Source: Selaginella moellendorffii
Taxonomy: Eukaryota; Plantae; Lycopodiophyta
Reading direction: 5' to 3'
DNA length: 64,000 nt
Assembly (NCBI RefSeq): GCF_000143415.4
Contig: NW_003314296.1
Location: 440,505 to 504,504, forward strand
The notes under the pieces are model-generated. The model saw only the letters and a list, made by a program, of their open reading frames with translations, did no database searches and was not told the origin of the DNA. Positions 59,677-64,000 of the stretch are shown piece by piece (position 1 is the stretch's first letter; each line of letters starts with the position of its first letter). The position numbers were made by a program, and so were the translations under genes.

Positions 59677-62600
59677 GTTCCTTAGTCCGAGTTTTATTGG
59701 TGCTCAAGTATATCATCACTTGTGTTGGCATCGGAAGGTCCGAGGAGTGGGCCTATCCTTGCGGAGTAGCAAGTCGGGAAGACATGGCTCTATATTACAG
59801 TTCACGTGTGAACTTGTAAACGAGGTGGTGGATAGAAAAGGGCCAATAATGGAACGACTTTGGGATCTTGGGAACAGTGCAAAGTTTTCCTCATTGAGTT
59901 GAGGATGTGATCCGGATGAGCATTTGGCTCATCGAATTGACTAAGGTAGTTGTGGTAAACAACTATAGTTGGGATCACGGGAAAGATAGAGACTCCAAAA
60001 GAATAAAGGAGTCACAAGATTACCCTTATATGGTTGAGGTTGGTACTTATAAATTTGAGACCGGAATTGTTGACTGTGGAAGGTCAAATACAAAAGAGGA
60101 CACCAGTCCTTGAAATGGTAGCCGGGGCTACCTCTAATAAATGCTGGAACAACCTAAGGAGTTGGGGGTGTACTTAAAGATGAGTTGCTATTCTCATCAC
60201 ATGGACAAGTAGTCCTAAGGGGCAAAGGTTAGCCCCAAGAAAATCATCAAGTGTTAGAGTAATATTTGCAAAGATTGTCCTTGTGAGTAGGACATGAATA
60301 CAAGAAGTTGTATTCCAGTGAGTTGGCACCTCTAAGACTGAGACCTTGCAGGTTATTGGATTAACAAAGTCCAAAATGCTGGATGACTCAAGCGGAGTCA
60401 GGGAATGGTCCTAAGGGATTGGTTGGAGCATTTGGATTGAGGTGTATGGGGCCCCATGAGGTATGGGGAGGATCATAAGATCCAAGTATGAGAACAGTAG
60501 GTATCTCATTGATGGCAGAATGTGCCATACTAAAGTTGTGGGAAAGATGTTCCCAGAAGAAAGCAACTTTAGCCCAGAGTTGGGTGCAAACACTATGGTG
60601 CGGTGCTAACGGATAGTTAGCATGAGGAACAGCTATATTGGTCTTGGCAAAGACCTAGACACTAATAAGTAGTGTCATAACGGTAGGCTCGTGGGGCCGA
60701 TGGTGTGGAAATACCAAATGTGCCAACGTGTGATACCTTGAGGTTATGATGGTGGGTTCATGAGAACCCCTTGCCAAGGGAATCCCAACGGAAGCGGGAA
60801 TGGCATGGCCTAAGCTGGAAGGCATGCGGTTAGAGTGTGGTGACCCAAATAATGATGGAGGTGTGGAAGCACCAAGCAATGAGTTATAGGACTTGACAAT
60901 TATGGGGCAACTAAGCAAGAAGTGCAAAATAATTGGTTAAATGGGTAGAAGGTAGCTACCCAAGACTTCTTAATGGCATAAGGAAGTTAAATATACCCTT
61001 ACGGGGGATAAATTATTTATGTTGTAATATAGTAAGTTAATGTCGTAAACGGGAATGCTCATTGTCAGGAGGCCATCATTGGGACACCCAAACACTCTAG
61101 AACACCAGGAGGTGGTGTTTCGTGTCGCAAGGGCAATAGATAAGGCCCAAGGGACTAAGTCCCTAGCGAATGATGGATAGTAGGTGCTATCTAAATGTCC
61201 AAGGTTGTGGAGACAGGAGAAGACTGTCTACCCGAATTGGACAAAGCTAAAAATGAAATTTTGGCAAGGCTAGTGATGGGCCTATAAGCAGCAACGTTAA
61301 TCTCAATATGTGGGATTATAAGGTGAGCATGCCCAAGATTGAAGAACCACTCCCTATGCTATTAGGTAGGTTCATCCCTAAGAATCCTTGCTAAGGCATA
61401 GTAAAATGTGCAAAGCTATCCTCCTAGTCTGGAGGAGAATAACCAAAGGAAACATATGGGGCCAAAAGACAAGTAGTATTGAGATGGAACTGAACCATAG
61501 AAATCAAAGGGCATATCCAATAGTGGTTGTGCAAGTTGGGAGTGGAGAATCAAGAGGGTGCTCGAAGATGTTATTGCTAGCAACCGTGATGCCATGGAGA
61601 GTCTAAAATATGGAATTGTCCATGTTAGACTATATGGCAACTATAAAGCTTGCGAAAAGGGAGGCCTTAGCAAGCTGAGGGACAGAGTTCCTTCAAGGTT
61701 CCCAAAGACGATTCTAGGTAGCTTAGTACCTAGAAAGGCCAAGTGTAAATGGTTCATGGAACGCGCGAAATCAGAGTGGCGCAGCAGAAGCGTGGTCTTG
61801 AAGCTTGCCATGAGGCAAGGCTATCAAGGTTAGGGAAGTAGTTCCTGAGTGTTCAAAGAGAGGGCTTTGAACGAAAGTCGATGGTCAAGGACTTTCACGC
61901 TTATGCAGGAACCATGTTACAGTGGTCGAAGGACTTGCCAAGCGAGATTGGCATGTCGGGGGAAGTAAAACCCTAGTTAAAGGTGATAACTTCAAAAAGG
62001 GTGGGCCATGGGGCCGAGAATGGAGGAGTCCATGCATGATCATAGACATGTCAAGTGAGAGGACTTGGCAGTGCCGAGGAACTAAGTTCCTAAGCTGTGA
62101 TCTATAGCGCACTTCAAGTATAAGTTGGTGCACCGGCGTGGGGAGTCACGCCAGGCATCTGGGATGATGCCTTCTGTAGATGCATATACGGAGGTTGGGT
62201 TCGAGTCCCGACCCTCTAGTGCTTGGGTTCGAGTCCCAAATCACTAGGGCGTGGTGATGGTTTGGAATATGAGGACACTCATATTTCGGTGGTCATGGAC
62301 TCTTAATGAGGAGATTGGCTTGGGCACACCGCCAAGCGGGGGATGCCCCGGAGTCGTGATGCACGGTTAGATTGCTTAGTGTGAAAGGTCAGCATATCTA
62401 ACTTGAACGCTTTGGTGCAAGTGGCACCAAGGACGTGGTGAGTGAGATGGGGACACCTAATCTCAGTTGTTATGAACCCTTGGCCGTAAGGGCTGGCTTG
62501 GGTGCACTGCCAAGTGTGGGGGATGCCCCCGGGGTTATGGTCAACAACTTGAAAGTCTAGAAGACCAAGTACCTCTTGGCAACTCTGGTAAGGTGCCAAG

Positions 62601-63696
62601 GTGAGATCACTAGGTGATTTTATGGCCAAATAAGGACAAGGTCCTTGGTTGGCTAAGGAAGGAAGTTCCTGGTTCAAAATGTTGATTTGAATTATTTAAA
62701 ATGGTGTGGCTTGGTCAAAGTGATCAAGTGGGGAGAGCACTTAAGGGAAATAAGTTGTGTCCGTGCGATGGCAGTCGATGACGGAAAGCAGTCTCTATAA
62801 GAGACCCATGGGAGGGTCACGAAGTTGGGCCGTGGATAGAGCCCATAGCAAAAGATGCTAAAGAGATGTATTAGGAGTGAACATCCTCTGGACTTGGCAA
62901 AGAAGAGTCTTTGCTATGGAACCAAAAGGATACCTTGAAAATGGTATGTTGCTGGGTGCAACAATCAAGGATAGGAGCAAAGGACTAGTGGCCAAGTTTG
63001 GGCCATGGAATTTAATGGAAGGGATCCAAATGGCAAAGTTAACCAAGGAACACTAATGTGTTTGATGCTAACGACTTGTGGGAAAGGAAGTGGACTTCCA
63101 AGGATGGATTCCTAAGTGCTCCAATTTGGCGAAGTAAAAGCTCCAAGTGAGGGAGCGGCAAAGTAGCCAAATGATAGGGCCGTGGACAGCCCTAGCACAA
63201 ATTATGATAACCGGAACTTAGTGCCAAAGGTGGTACGAAATCAAAGAGAGGATGATGTTGCCCTCGAGTAGAGGACTTCCTAAGAGGGGGAAGTGGAGTT
63301 GCACAATATGTGCAGTGCAAGGTGTCGGAGACACCCAGGAAATTGACTTCAAGAAGTCAGAATTAAAAGTTTCAAAATGCAAGGGTTATATCGATGGAAA
63401 GTGAGACCACTCGAGAATGAGTAGTGGGATTGAGTTAGAGAAGGTGTCTCTAACAGGTTTAGTGAGAACTAAACCAATAAAAGGAGAGAACCACCACAAG
63501 TGGTCGAATGAGCCTCTAAGTTGGAGGGGCTATGCTCCTTAGAGGATGGACAAGGCATGATGAGCCTTTAGTGTCAAACCATAGACAAATATGGGCTAGG
63601 TGCCAAGGATGGAAATGGTAACACGTGCGGGTGTTACTTTATGAAAGGGTTTACCGTTCGATAAGGACATCAAACTTCGTCTATGGGTGGTGGAGT

Positions 63697-64000
63697 TGTG
63701 AGACACAAAATCCCTAGGCCCCAAAGTGGAGCCAGAGGGGTGCCACGTGGTAGTGGCCGAAGCGAAAGCCAAACAAGCGTAACATGTTTGGACGGAAAGC
63801 TTCGCCTTGAAAGGTCGAGAGCGGGAGTGGAACTCCCAATAAAGTGCTCAAGGAACAAGCACAAAGAGAGCAATAAGTGACGCTCCAAAAAGGGACCCAA
63901 AAGGACCAACACATTACACATGGAAGAGTCCGAGATGGAGTCCGAGATGGACCCGAGATGGGACCCTCACGTAGAGTCCGAGGTGGAGTCCGAGATGGAG
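63697..64000 (+). repeat. 3' LTR (partial)
   Basis: tgtgagacacaaaatccctaggccccaaagtggagcc is identical to the start at 57955 and is preceded by a PPT. Confidence 0.92.

Larger units (their letters stand above)
57955..64000 (+). mobile_element. Large-LTR, apparently non-autonomous retroelement (LARD-like) inserted into the Gypsy RT; runs off the window end
   Basis: 5' LTR TGTGAG(57955)...TTACA(59660), PBS tggtatcagagcc (59664-59676), ~4-kb interior with no recognisable gag/pol ORF, PPT atgggtggtggagt (63683-63696) and a 3' LTR from 63697. Confidence 0.88.

Overview
Eukaryotic, compact-intron land-plant DNA. Short introns (mostly ~50-100 bp), very tight gene spacing, several intronless PLS-E PPR genes and a Tctex-1 dynein light chain (a flagellated-sperm lineage) point to a lycophyte, most likely Selaginella (inference). 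Layout: (i) 1-11.2 kb is a decayed zone holding an old tandem duplication, an aspartic protease, PPR and calumenin pseudogene fragments and Ty1/Copia debris, including a 149-bp-arm gag inverted repeat. (ii) 11.2-52.5 kb is gene-dense: 4 PLS-E PPRs, a CAS-like rhodanese, a signal-peptide EUL lectin, a DEK-C/SWIB protein, an MGCGAS-acylated Ser/Pro-rich protein, a conserved TM protein, a NILR1-type LRR-RLK, Tctex-1, a D-loop-less tRNA-Ile pseudogene, plastid RPL6, NEDD1, an acidic A/P/E-rich protein, a divergent CDC48 and a SIVA-like zinc finger. (iii) 52.8-64 kb is a triple-nested LTR retrotransposon stack. The most unusual signal is not in the ORF track. An accessory island at ~23.0-27.2 kb holds an intron-bearing relic of a bacterial-type beta-class (N4C/N6A) DNA methyltransferase, back-to-back with two trypsin-fold genes: one has an intact catalytic motif but a premature stop, the other is a coiled coil fused to an apparently catalytically dead trypsin fold. 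Exon models were built by hand and family assignments come from motif recognition, not database searches.
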